The translations under genes were made by a program, and so were the position numbers. Below, piece after piece: positions 13,643 to 28,100 of a DNA stretch of 64,000 nt (position 1 is its first letter; every line of letters starts with the position of its first letter). The DNA comes from Hypanus sabinus (Eukaryota). Location: positions 171,926,001 through 171,990,000 of the forward strand of contig NC_082710.1 of NCBI RefSeq assembly GCF_030144855.1, read 5' to 3'. Below the pieces are notes generated by a model that saw nothing but the letters and a program-made list of their open reading frames with translations, did not search any database and was not told where the DNA came from.

Positions 13643-15933
13643 ATAGAACCATAGAAACATAGAACATTACAGCACAGAAACAGGCCTTTTGGCTCTTCTT
13701 GGCTGTGCGAAACCATTTTTCTGTCTAGTCCCATTGACCTGTATCTGGGCCATATTCCTCCTAACCCCTCTCATCCATATAGCTGTCCAAGTTTTTCTTA
13801 AATATCAAAAGTGAGCCTGCATTTACCACTTCATCTGGCAGCTCATTCCACACTCCCACCTCTCTTAGCGTGAATATGCACCCCCCATGTTCCCTTTAAA
13901 ATTTTCCCCCTTCACCCTTACCGCATGACCTCAGGTTTCTTTTTCTCCCCTAGCCTCAGTGGAAAAAGCCTGCTTGCATTCACTCTATCTATACTCATCA
14001 TAATTTTATACACCTCTATCAAATCACCCGTCATTCTCCTACGCTCCAGGGAATAAAGACCTAACCTATTCAACCTTTCTCTGTAACTCAGTTTCTCAAG
14101 TCCCGGCAACATCCTTGTAAATCTTCTGTGCACTCTTTCAACCTTATTAATATCCTTTCTGTAATTAGGTGACCAAAACTGCACATAATACGCCAAATTC
14201 GCTCTCACCAATGTCTTATACAACCTCACCATTACATTCCAACTTCTACTCAATACTTTGATTTATAAAGGCCAATGTACCAAAAGCTCTCTTTACGACC
14301 CTACCTACTTGTGAGGGCACTTTTAGGGAATTATGTATGTGTACTCCCAGATCCCTCTGTTCTACTGCAATCCTCAGTGTTCTACCACTTACCTTGTATG
14401 TTCTACCTTGGTTTGACCTTCTGAAGTGCAATACCTCACACTTGCCCGCATTAAACTCCATCTGCAATTTTTCAGCCCATTCCTCCAACTGGTCCAAATC
14501 CCTCTGCAAGCTTTGAAAACCTTCCTCACTGTTCACTACGTCTTCAATCTTTGTATCTTCAGAAAATTTGCTGATCCAATTTGCCACATTATTTTCCAGA
14601 TCATTGATATAGATAACAAATAACAATGGAACCAGCACTGATCCCTGTGGCACACCACTAGTCACAGGCCTCCACTCTCTGTAGTTATCAGGTAAATTCA
14701 TCAAAATCCGCATGCAGTCGGGCTGTCATTCAAATGGGTTCCCTTACCTCAGCGACCCACCGTGCCATGGCTTGTATTACATCAGTCCCTCTGGCGGCTC
14801 CCGGTCACCTTCGGGCGTCTGCCTGGGAAAGGGGAACCCACTTCATGTCCCATTTCTTTTGGTCCCATACATAGACGACCACTCTGATCTTTAAGAGGTC
14901 CAATTTTATCCCTTAATATCCTTTTGCTCTTAACATACCTGTTGAAGCTCTTAGGATTATCCTTCACACTGACTGCCAAAGCAACCTCGTGTTTTCTTTT
15001 AGTCCTCCTGATTTCTTTCTTAAGTATTTTCTTACTCGTTTTATACTTCTCAAGCATCTTATTTCCTCCCTGTTGCCTATACATGTTATACATCTCTATC
15101 TTCTTTATCAGAGTTCCAATATCCCTCGAGAACCGAGGTTCCTTATTCTTATTCATTTTGCTTTTAACCCTAACAGGACTACAAACTTTGCACTCTCAAA
15201 ATCTCTCCTTTGACGGCCTCCTACTTACCAATCACATCCTTGCCAGAAAACAACCTGTCCCAATCTACGCTTTTTAGATCCTTTCTCATTTCTTCAAATT
15301 TGGTCTTTTTCCAGTTCAGAACTTCAGCCCGAGGACCAGATCTATCTTTATCCATGATCAAGTTGAAACTAATGACGTTATGATGACTGCAACCAAAATG
15401 TTCCCCTACACACACTTCCGTCACCTGCCCTAACTCATTTCCAAATAGGAGATCTAATATTGCATCCTTCCTAGCCGGTACATCTATATATTGATATAGA
15501 AAAATTTCCTGAACACATTTTACAAACTCTAACCCATCTAGACCTTTAACAGTATGCGATTCCCAATCAATATGTGGAAAATTAAAATCCCCTACAATCA
15601 CAACTTTCTGTCTGCTGAAATTGTCTGTTATCTCTCTGCAGATTTGCTCCTCCATTTCTCGCTGACTATTGGGTGGTCTATAATACAACCCTATTAATGT
15701 GGTCGTATCTTTACTGTTTCGCATCTCCACCTGCATGGCCTCAGTAGACAAGCCCTCTAATCTGTCCTGCCGATGCACTGCTGTAATATTTTCCCTGACT
15801 AGCAACCCCCCCCCCCCCCACACACACCCTTCATCCCTCTGCCTCTATCATGTCTGAAACATCGGAACTCTGGACAATTGAGCTGCCAGTCCTGCCCCTC
15901 CTGTAGCCAAGTTTCACTAATGGCTATGATGTC
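13643..15933 (-). mobile_element. CR1 LINE ORF2 (endonuclease to 3' tail, internal deletion), truncated by the gap
   Basis: ORFs 15221, 14782, 14246 and 13918 give GLYYRPPNS, VIVGDFNFP, GVPQGSVL, SKF.EDTKI, LERRRM.GDLIEVYKIM. Confidence 0.92.
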
Positions 15934-16133
15934 NNNNNNNNNNNNNNNNNNNNNNNNNNNNNNNNNNNNNNNNNNNNNNNNNNNNNNNNNNNNNNNNNNN
16001 NNNNNNNNNNNNNNNNNNNNNNNNNNNNNNNNNNNNNNNNNNNNNNNNNNNNNNNNNNNNNNNNNNNNNNNNNNNNNNNNNNNNNNNNNNNNNNNNNNNN
16101 NNNNNNNNNNNNNNNNNNNNNNNNNNNNNNNNN
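15934..16133. other. Assembly gap (exactly 200 N) separating the duplicated copies
   Basis: Run of N with a round-number length. Confidence 1.
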
Positions 16134-19100
16134 GGAGAAACTACAAAACGTTTCACAATGTAGGAAATTTAACTTCGAAACAGAATTACCGTCCCAAAAT
16201 TATCCAACAGACTCAGAAAATTTCTCGTGTAACGGAGAACGGGAAGCGAAAACAGACCTGTACATACCAGCAAAAATCAACATCTTGTCTGACGATAAAC
16301 TCTGCTGAGATATTCATTGGTTAGCTAAATGAGGAAGTCCGAGATTAGTTGAAATTAGATGAAATTAGATGCTTCCCGCCAGTTATTGCCCTCTTTCTAT
16401 TCCTTCCACCCACAGATACCCCGTAGACATCCTCTCCATGACCTTCTCCTTTTCTGCAGCCGTGACACTATCCCTGATCACCAGTGCCACGCCCCAACCT
16501 CTTCATATACAAGTATACGAAGAGCAAGAGGATAAGACGTGAGAGAATAGGACCTATCAAGTGTGACCGTGGAAAAGTGTGCATGGAACCGGAGGAGGCA
16601 CAGTTATTTAATGGATACTTTGCTTTGGTATTCACTACGGAAAAGGATCTTCGAGGTTGTATGGATGACTTGTTCTGGACTGAAAAGCTTGAGCATGTAG
16701 ATGTTAAGGGAAAGGATGTGCTGGAGCTTTTGGAAAGCATTAAGTTGGATTGTTCACCGGGACCGGAAGGGATGCACCCCAGGCTACTGTGGGAGGGGAG
16801 GAGGAGATTGCTTAGCTTTTGGCAATGATCTTTGCAACCTCACTAAGTTCAGGAGAGGTTCCAGTGGATTGGAGGTTTACGGTTGTTGTTCACTTATTCA
16901 AGAAAATGAATAGGAATAGCTCAGGGAATTATAGACCACTGAGTCTTACTTCGGTGGTTGGTAAGTTGATGGAGAAGATCCTGAGAGGCAAGATTTATGA
17001 ACATTTGAAGAGGCATAATGTGATTAGGCATTGTCAAAGGCAGGCCGTGCCTTACAAGCCTGATTGAATTTTTTGAGGATATGACTAAACACGTGGATGG
17101 AAGAAGAGCAGTACATGTAGTGTCTATGGATTTCAGTAAGGCATTTGACAAGGTACCCCATGCAGGGCTTATAAGAAAGTAAGGAGGCATGGGATCTAAG
17201 GACACATTGTTTTGTGGATCTAGAACTGCCTTGCCCACAGAGGGTAAAGAGTGGTTGCAGATGGGTCATATTCTGCATGGAGGCCCAATGGTGTGCCTCA
17301 GGAATCTGTTCTGGTAGCCCTACTCTTTGTGATCTTCATAAATGAACTGGATGAGGAAATGGAGGGATCAGGAAATTTGATGATCGTACGAAGATTGGGG
17401 GTGTTGGGTAAAGTGTGGAGGGATCTCAGAGGTTAATGCGAGACATCAATAGGTTGCAAAACTGGGCTGAGAGGTGGCAGACGGAGTTCAATCCAGATAA
17501 GTGTGAGGTGGTTTATTTTGGTAGGTCAAATATGATGGCAGAATATAGCATCAATGGTAAGACTCTTCGCAATGTGGAGGATCAGAGGGTTCTTGGGGTC
17601 CAAGTTCATAGGACGCTCAAATCTGCTACGCAGGTTGACTCTGTCGTTAAGAAGGCATTGCCCTTCATCAATTGAGTTTAGGAGCCGAAAGGTAATGTTG
17701 CAGCTATATAGGACTCTGGTCAGACCCCACGTGGAGTACTGTGCTCAGTTCTGGTCACCTCACTACAGGAAGGACGTGGAAACTATAGAAAAGGTGCAGA
17801 TGAGATTTACAAGGATTTTGCCTGGATTGGGAAACATGCATTAAGAGAATAGGTTGAGTGAACTCTGCCTTTCCTTCTTGGAGCAACGGAAAATGAAAGG
17901 TGACCTGATAGTGTTGTCTAGGATAATGAGAGGCATTGATTTTGTGGATAGTCAGAGGCTTTTTCTCAGGGCTAAAATGGCTAGCACGACAGGGCATATT
18001 TTTAAGGTGTTTGGATGTAGGTACGGAGAAGATATCAGGGGTAAGCTTTTTATGCAGAGAGTGGTGAGTGTGTGGAATAGGCTGCCGGCGGCGATGGTGG
18101 AGGCGGAAACGACAGGGTCTTTTAACATGCTAGATACTTAGAGTTTTGTGTTCAATTCTGGTCACCTCGTTATAGGAAGGATGTGGAAGCTATGGGGAAG
18201 GGGCAGAGAAGATTTACCAGGATGTTGCCTGCTTTGGAGAGCAGGTCATATGAAGCAAGGTTAGCAGAGCTGAGGCTTTTCCCTTTGGAGCGTAGAAGAA
18301 TGAGAGGGGACTTGATAGAAGTCTAAAGATTATGAGAGGCATAGATAGGGTGGGTATTCAGTACCTGTTTTCCAGGGCAGCAATAGCAAACACCAGAGGG
18401 CATATGTACAAAATTAAGGGAGGGAAGTTTAGGGGAGACATCAGGGGTAACACAGAGGGTTGTGAGTGCCTGGAACGACATGCCAGTGATGGTGGTAGAG
18501 GCTACAACTCTAGGGGTATTTAAGAGCTTCTTGGACAGGCACATGAATGAAAGAAAAATAGAGTGTTATGGGGTAGTGTGGATTTAGTACTTTTTTATGG
18601 ATTATCTGGGTCGGCACAACATGGAGGGCTGAAGGGCCTGTACTGTGCTATAGTGTTCTATGGTTCTATGCTCCTGGATGGATACATGAGTTTAGAAAAA
18701 TACAGGGCTATGCATAAGCCTAGGTAGTTCTAAGGTAAGGTCACGTTTGGCATAGCTTTGTGGGCCGAAGGGCCTGCATTGGGCTCTAGGTTTTCTATGT
18801 TTCTATGTTTTGATAGACATAAAATGTTTTAATCGAATTGTGTTCCTACTTGTAAAGCTATGCTTAACTTAAAAGACCAAAAGAAATAAGCTATTGGCCC
18901 ATGAAACCTACTCCGCCATTTCATCATGACTGATCTGTTTTCCTTCTTAGCCCCAATCTCCAACCTTGTCTCCGATTTGGAGCGGATTCGATGCGGAAAA
19001 GTTTCATTGTTCGTCCACCTAACACAGGTGTAAGGTTGGATCGTTCCAAGTGCAAAGCCGATCGAGAACGGCTTTGGGCTGGACGGCCCAACTGTGTTGC

Positions 19101-22100
19101 TACGCCCGGGTCTGGGTCCTAGAGCGAGGCCCTGTCTTTTTTTTTTGGACAATTGAAACGCCGGATCAGATAGACTGGAAAGCCAAGAATTCTCCTTAAT
19201 AAAAATACAGGACATAGATTTTGGGTAAGGAGTAAGAGATTCGTGGAGAACCTTTTTCATCCGAGTGTGGCAAGTACTTGTATTTCAACGGAGGTGTCAT
19301 TGCTAGAAGAATAGTAGCCTAAAGCATTAAGAGGTACTTAGAGGAGCGCTTTAAAGAGCTTTGAAGGCTCTGGCCGGATGCTGGACAATGAGAACAAGGC
19401 CAATGGACGCCCAATGTTTGGCCTGGGTCAGTTGGGCTGAAATGCTATCTGAAGTTTCTGAAAGGCCGATCAATTGATTAAAGTGTGAATTGGGTGACAG
19501 AGTAGGAGATAGAAATATATAGAAACATAGAAAACCAAGCACTCAATACAGGCCCTTTAGCCCACAAAGCTGTGCCGAACCTGACCCTTCCTTAGAACTA
19601 CCTAGGCTTTAACCATAGCCCTCTATTTTTTCTAAGCTCCAGGAGTCTTTTTAGAAGTCCCGATTGTTTCCGCCTCCACTACCACCGCCGGCAGCCCATT
19701 CCACTCAGTCACCACTCTGCGTAAGAAACGGACCCCTGACATGTCCTCTATACCTACTTCCAAACACCTTAAAACTATGCCCTCTCGTGCTAGCTACTTC
19801 AGTCCTGGGGAAAAGTCTCTGACTATCCACACGAACAGTGCCTCTCATTATCTTGTACACCTCAAAAAAGTTCTCAGTTTTAAGAAAAAAGGTAAAAGAG
19901 CCACAAGTTAGCTGAAGTATATGAAGCCACAATTGATTTCGCGTATAAACCAATTGCAAGTTTTATTAAAAGCAACACACACAACTGGATTTCCAGCATT
20001 ACAGTATATCTTGTGTTTATGGCATGCTTTATTGATTGGCTCTAATAGCCGCAGGTGCCGGGATAACTTAATGATGTATAAAAACTTGGAAGTTTTGAAC
20101 AGTTTATTTCTATGCATAGTTTGAAATTTCGAATATGCGTGTTGAAAAATGCTGAAATTAAATTTAAGATTGCAAAATGCCCACTACAAGTCCCATAAAA
20201 TTGCGGCTACATATTTCATGTCCAAACTCTGTCCTCCAGCTAGGCCACAGATAGGATGTAATTCTTGTTATATGATAAAGAACAGTACTGGAGAGGTTGT
20301 GGTTGGGCTGTATGAGCTTCCACGTGTTTGCTACTTCTATGAGGAGAACACAATAAACAAATTAGAATAGCTAACATAAGGCATAAGGCTGCCCTATCAG
20401 ACAAAGTAAAGGCAAATCCTAAAAGAATCCTTAACATATCCTACTGACATGTTCAGAGCAAAAGGATTGCATGGGGGAATATTGGTCCTATGGAAGATTA
20501 GAATGGTAATCCATGTGTGGAGTCAAAAGAGATGGCGAGATTTTAAATGGAGATTTTATATTTGCATCTGCGTTCACTGAGGAGACGAACACAGAGTCTA
20601 TAGAAGTGAGACAAAACACAGCGAGACCATATACCCCGATATAGATTACAGAAGAGGAGGAGCTTGCTGGCTTGAGGCATATTAGGGTGAATAATTCTCC
20701 AGGGCTGTCAAGGTGTTCCCTCGGACCCACTGGGAGGCAAGTGCAGAAATTGCTGGGGCCCTAATGAAATATTTTAAACATCCTTAGTGACAACTGGGAA
20801 TTGGGAACAGGGAATTGGCCCGCTGCTTAAGAAAGGCTCTAAAAATAAAGCAGGAAATTATAGGCTGGAGAACTTGACATTAGTAGTGGTAAAGCTGTTG
20901 GAAGATATTCTAAGGGACAAATATATGTATGCATTTGGCTGGACATGGATTGATTAGAGATAATCTGCATGGCTTTGTGCGCAGTAGGTCGTGTCTACCG
21001 TGTCAATGACAAGGAGTTTCTCAAGGAATTTGCCAGCAAAGTTAATGAAGGCAAGGCAGTAGATGTTGTCTAGGCATTTGACAAGGATCCCCATGGGTGA
21101 TTGATCAAGAAGGTTCAGTCGCTCGGCATTCAAGATGAGGTAGTGACTTGGAATTGATATTGCCTTTGTTAGAGACGCCACAGAATGGTAGTAGATTGTT
21201 GCATTTCTGACTGGAGGCCTGTGGCTAGTGCAGTGTCGCATAGATCAGTGCTGGGCTTGTTTTGATTACCATCTATATCAATCTGGCTGATAACGTGGTT
21301 AACTGGACCAGCAAGTTGGTGGAATCTACCAAAATTTGGGGTATAGTGGATAGTGATGAAGAACTAATTGAGCTTTCAGAGGATCTGCTGGAAAATTGGG
21401 CTGAAAACAGCAGACGGAATTTAATGCCGCTTAGTACAAAGTATTGAACTTCGGTAGGATCAAGAAGGGTAGGACTTAAACAATGCTTTGAGGAGTAGGG
21501 TAGAACGACAGGATCTGGGAATTATGCCCGTGATTCATTGAAGATGGTGAATAAAGCTGTTGGCACATTGGCTTTCATAAATCTAAATAGTGAGCAGAGG
21601 AGATGAGATGTAATATTGAAGATATATAGGACGTTGGTGAGGCCTAATTTGGAGCATTGTGTGCAGACTTGATCACGAACCAAGGGGAAAGATGTAGATA
21701 TGGTTGAAAGAGTGTAGAGACAAATTACTAAAATATTTCGTGACTGGAGGACCTGAGTTATAAGAAAAGAGTGAGTCAGTAAGGACTTTATTCCTTTCAA
21801 CGTAAATGTGAGGGGAGATTTGATAGAGGTGTACAAAATTATGAGAGATATAGATAGGGTAAATGCAAGCTAGCTTGTTCTACTGAGTTTGAGTGGGACT
21901 ACAACTAGTGATCATGGGATAAGCGTGAACCGTGAAAAGTTTCAGGGGAAGGTAAGGGAACACATCTTCACTCAGGGTGTCTTAAGAGTGTTGAACGAAC
22001 CACTAGCGCAAGTGATGCATGTGAGCTCTATTTCAACAATTTATTGCTCCAAACGATTTAAGCCTTTTTTTGTAATTTTTATTGAAGTTCACCATCAAGC

Positions 22101-25100
22101 AAACATTTCCACAAGATGTATTTCAGATACTATACATATACAATATATCATATAGTTGTATTTGCCACAAATCTCCACTTATCATTTATCTGAGGTATAC
22201 TTATAGAACAGAGAGGACAGAAAGAACAAACAAAAGTAGAAAACAAGTAGGTAGTAATAATTTTTACAACATATTCATTGATTTGTGAGAATAATATCAG
22301 GTCTATGAGGTATTATGTAATTAAACCATTTTTCCCAGTATGAATCAAATTGTTCCAACTTATGATTAACAAATGCTGTTATTTTCTCCATTTTATAAAT
22401 GTCCATTGTCCATTGTACTTTCCATCCATGCGTTTAAAGTTGGGCTTTCCTATGATAGCCATTTCCTGGTAAGAGTCTTTTTACCAGCCATCAACAGTAT
22501 ATTCATTATATATTTATCTCTTTTCAACCATTCTTGAGGTATATACCCAAAATATATGGTCTTACTATCTAAGGGTATTTCACATTTAAAGATATCTTTT
22601 AGGGCATTATGTATCCCACTTCAATAGTCTTTGATAACAGGCTATCTGCAGAAAATATGATAATGGTTTGCATTTTCAATTCCACAATTTCTCCAGCAAA
22701 CATGGAGGTCATTATCATAATAGGATTTCTGAGAGGGTGTAATAAAATATCTAATCAAAATTTCCCATCCGAACTCCCTCCATTTCTGTGAACTGGTACA
22801 CTTCCATTGACACCTCCATATTCTCCTCTCGTCCATTCTTCCTCAGATGTAATTATCCCTCCTTCCTTCTCCCATTTTGCTTTAATTTATGAAGTCGAAT
22901 GGTTTTTAAGATTTGTCTAACCCTTACACACGCTTGAAATGATTCTACTACCGTTATCTGAATTATATGCTTTTCTAAATACTTCTATCAAACATGTACT
23001 TGCCTTGGTTACATTTTAACCGTCCTATTTCCATACTGTCGCATCTGTAAATACCGATAAAAGTCTTGTTTTTCTAATGTGTTTCTCTTTAAGCATTTCA
23101 AAACTGAACAGTGTTCCTTCTTTCATTATATTACAAAGAACTGTTATTCCTTTAGTGGTTCAGTCCTTAAATCTAGCATCCAATTTATTCGGCGTAAAAT
23201 CCGAGTCATATGCACACCATTTATGAATTGCAATATGTCCCCCTAGTTTATATTCTTTTATAATTGGTTTCTTTAAGAGTCCATTTCACCCATGTGTTAT
23301 CAATAGTATTTATGTAACTTTGTATGTTGTTAACAACCAAAATTGCCTCTATGGGGATGGAAAGTATCCTCTCCTCAATTGTTTTTCCATTGATCATCAA
23401 ATGACAGGTTGCACCAGCACATCACAGCTCTCAACTGTGCTGCAAAATAATAATCTCGAAGAGAAAGTAGGCCCCATCCCCCCTTTTCCTCGGCTAATTG
23501 CAAAGTTTTGAGACGAACTCTAGGCATTTAAGTTGCCACATTTATTCTGACAACATGATCTTCCTTTCATTAAATTGATCTTGGTTAATCTCTATTGGTA
23601 GGGTCTGAAAGAGATATAATAGTCTGGGTAGTAAATATTCATTTTAGAGGATCCAATCCTTGAATGGAGGTTAAAATTAGGAATTAAGTTCCATCTTGTT
23701 ATATCTTCCTTAACTTTTTATATATAGGCGAATAATTGCGTTGTAATAATTTTGCCAAATCTTTTGCTATAATGATGCCCAAATATTTGAATGACTCTGT
23801 TTGCCATGCCCATATCTACTTTCAATTTCTCTTGGTGGGCTACAGTTATATGAAACTATTTGGGTTTTGTCTATGTTGATCTTGAATCCTGATAATTGAC
23901 TATATTATTCAAAGGAGTGCATCAATTTAGGTAAAGAGTATGTTGGTTGCCCTGGACAGATCAAAATGTTATCCGCTTAACAGGCCACTTTATGCTCTGT
24001 ACCTTTAATAGTAATTCCCCTGATCTCTTCATTTGTCTGATATATTGAGTTAATGGCTCCATATACAATGCGAAGAGTAGTGGTGACCATGCACAGCCCA
24101 GTCTCGTGCCCCTTTCTAGGGTAAGACTATTTGATAAATATCTATTGATTTTAAACCTAGCAGTAGAGTTGTCATATAGTGCCTGTATAGTTTTAATAAT
24201 TGTGTCATTTAAACCAAATCTATGTAAAACTCTGTAAAATTCCAATTAACCGAATCAAATGCCTTTTCCGTGTCCACGCTTATCACTATTGCTCAAATTT
24301 TATTTTTTGTATATGATCCATAATGTGAAGTGTCCTTCGTATATTGTCTTGTGTTTGGCATTGTTGTATAAAACCACTTTGATTATTATGTATAGGTGTG
24401 GGTAGGAACTCTTCTAATCGTTTGGCCATGATGGAGGTAAATAATCTATAATCCACATTAAGAACAGATATTGATCTAAATGACCCACATTTGATTTTAT
24501 CCTTGCCTTCTTTCAGTATAGCTGAGATCATCGCTTCCTTACAGCTGGGTCTCATTTGCGCCTTTTTTAGAGCACAGTTCAGTATTGGGAGTAAAACAGG
24601 AATTAACTCATTTTTAAATTCTTTGAACCACTCTGCCGTATACTCATCTGATCCTGGTGATGTTTAATATAAGCCTACTAATTGCAGTTTTTAGTTCAGC
24701 CTCAGTTATGTCAGCAGTCATCTTTCCATTTAGTTCTTCACTTAAAGTCGGTAACTGCAGAGAATTCAGGAAGGTGTCAATTTGGGTTATGCTTCTCCCT
24801 GGAACTTTGGAATATAGAGTTTTGCAAAACACTTCAAAAGCTTCTTGAATTTCATTTAGCTTATTTTTTTTTATCACTTTTGTTCTTGGATCCCTAATTC
24901 TATGAATTGTATTTTCTGCTATCTTGTTTTTTAGTTTCCACGCCAGTATTTTCATAGATTTAGATCCACTTTCATAATACCTCTCTTTCAGAAACATTTA
25001 ATTTGCTTTGATTTCTTGTGCAGCAAAACTATTAACTTCATACCTATTTGTAAAAAAAATTCCTCTAAAGTATCTTGTGCCAAGCTCAATTTGTGTTTTT

Positions 25101-28100
25101 TCTAGTTCCTTTGGCTTATTTTGTAATTCCTCTAATGTTTTATTTCTTATGTTTTTATATGATGATATCGCTATAATTTTCCCTCTTAAGACAGCCTTCA
25201 GAGTATCCCATGGAATGGGAGGTGAAACTTCTCCATTATCATTGAATTCTAAGTAAATACCTATTTCGTTTTTAATTTGTTCCTTAAAATAGGGATCATT
25301 GAGTAGAATTGAATTTAGTTTCCAAATAGTATTTTTTGGCTGTATGTCAAAATCAATAGATAGATATATAAATGTGCATGGTCACTTACATCTATTGTTC
25401 CAAGCCCACAGGTGTATATTTTGTCTTTATCTTTACCAAATGTTATGAAATAGTCTGTTCATGTATATACAGAATGGGGGTAAGAATAATGAGTCGGGGA
25501 AAAGTTCCCTCCAATATCAATTTCCTTTAACTTTCTTATGTTAACTTTCTTATGTTAACTTTCTTATGTAAGGAATTTGTTCCATAGGTTTTTCTGTTGG
25601 GAAAGTTTAACTTTCGTTGTAATTGTAAATTTAAGTCTTCCTCAGAAATCAAGAAAACTTCTGTTTCCGTTAGCATAATATTCGTACTTTTCTGGAAGAA
25701 ACTAATATCACCTACTCGGGGTGCGTATATATTGAATAGAGTAGCTGAATTTCCGTCTACATTCCCCCTTACCAGAATATATCTATTCTCTATATCTCCA
25801 ATTTGAATACTTTTTCAAAATATGGCTTGCCTGAGATGAGAATTCGGAAGCCCATTCTGTTTAGTTTTCCATGTTCATTAACACTTAAGTGAGTTTCCTT
25901 TAAGTATACTACATGGGCTTGCTCTTTCTTCATTTTTGATGGAATGCTAGAGCGTTTGATTGGATTTAACAGCCCATTGATATTAGAAGAAATTAATATC
26001 TTTGTCCTTAGCCATCTGTATTTATCTGTCAGTATCTCATTGAAATTAGCAGAATAAAACTTAATCGATCTACTCCCTGAACAAATAAGAACCAAGAAAC
26101 GCGAATAAAAAGATAGGCAACGGAGGTGTGATGCCAAGGGTGAGGTCTCTAGTAGATGACCGTGGGTTGAGTTAGAGGAAACGTCTAGCCGTGGGGGATA
26201 GCTTCTCCTACCTGAGAGTTGAAGGCCCCCACTGCAGTACCCATAAAAGTAAATGACAAAATCTATGTCCATTACACAGAAAGGATTTCCTGTGCATTCC
26301 TCCCATGTATATATTCTTACTTAAGTGGGGATATAGCAGTGAATGAATGAATGAATAAAAAATAAAATAATTGAGTAATATAAAATCCACATTGTAATAT
26401 GTATTTCTTGAGATAAGTATAGTACCATCTCTTTTTGCTTCTGTTTAGCTTATCAACACTTTTGAAATTAGCTCTTCTGGAAGAGGTGAGGGCTGTCTTC
26501 TGAAAACTTACAGTCTCTTCCTGATATTCTCCTCTCGCCCTCCTCCCGTCCCCTGCTTTCTAGATTCTCTCAGTGTTTCCCAAGCAGAGTGGGATAGCTG
26601 CTCAGCCAGGCCTTCCCTCGGCTTGATCACACTGACGGGCAACCCTCTGTCTTCATGTCTGCAGTCGCCTCTTACACTGTCTGATATAGTTGCGTCCCGT
26701 CTTCATAAAACACTAGCAATTTAGCAGGATACGGAGTCCGGAAGCTAATCTTTCTTTGCTTTAATACTCGCTTCGCTTCAGAATATTCCTTATGTTCCTG
26801 CAGGATCACTGGGGGGTAATCCTGATCAAAATATATCAATTTCCCGTTCATAAATACCTTCTTCTTTTCCCAGGCCTTGCGCAGAATCTCTGCTTTGGTT
26901 TTGTGCCGAATGAATCTAATCACTATTGACCGTGGGTTATCTTCCCTGTCTTCAGAAGGCCTCGGGACGAGCGCGCGAAGTGCTCTCTCAATGTCAAGTG
27001 CCATGGTCGGGTGTGTCAGATTTAAGCTTGTAATAAATTATTTCTCAATATCTGGTGGCACAATCTGAGGCCCGTTTACCTCCTGAGAACCCTGCTGCGC
27101 CGAGGCTTAGCATGATACCACGACACGGAATTAGGAAGCTTGGGTGCAGTATAGTAACCGAGTTCAAGTGTGATGTCAACGCTTACAAACTAAAAATCAT
27201 GAGAGCTATGGGGAACCGTAGGTCTTTTCTAGTCAGTAAATGTTCGGCACAGGATTGTGGCTCGAAGGGCCTGCATTGTGTTGTAGGTTTTTTGTGTTCT
27301 ATATTTCTATGCTTCTGTAAGAAGAGGTTAGCTGGTATGTACTTTAATAAAGTTCTTCACTGAGATGTGGAAAAGTAAGAGATAACCAGATGTCATATGA
27401 AGGAAATAAGTCTTTCACAAAGCGAAAAATACTGCCAGACATTGATATGAATATTTATGGATTACCGTGAGGGAGAATTTTTTCAACTGCAATTCCGAGG
27501 CACGTTTCCTGGGAACGTAGTGAGAGTGGATGGCATCATATTTTCAAACTATTTGATGAGCACTTGGAGAGGAGTACCCTTTCAGGCTAAGGACACATTG
27601 TGGGATTTGTTTGACTAAATCCTTTTCTGCCAGATTAGAACATAGCTCACTACAGCACAGAATGGGGGATGATCTAGAAATGCGATGAAACACTAGGACT
27701 AATGACCAGATGTATCTCACTCAAGAAGCACCAGTGACTGCATCAAATTGAGTGTGCCGAAAATGTATGAATTAAGTTCTGAAAAAGATCTAGAAACCCA
27801 ACTTTGTTTCCTTGTCTCCAAATGCGCCTGACGTGTTAAGTGTTTCCAACATTTTATCTAATTTGCCTTTTTTTAACTGCAGAACTTGTGGCTGATTTAA
27901 GTGTACTCTAGATTTTGTATTGCTCTATTTCTGTTGTGGACTGTTGGTGAGACCTGGCACTACCTAGAGGCGGCACAGCGTGACACATCCGTGCAGAAAT
28001 GAATTGCTGTGCCGTCACTTGGCTCTATCGTGTTTGACTACATTAATAGAACCATAGAAACATAGAACATTACAGCACAGAAACAGGCCTTTTGGCTCTT

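Larger units (their letters stand above)
1735..15933 (+). repeat. Copy 1 of a 14.2 kb near-identical direct duplication
   Basis: Matches 16134-30337 at an offset of 14399-14406; I counted about 18 SNP/indel differences; the copy ends exactly at the N gap. Confidence 0.98.
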
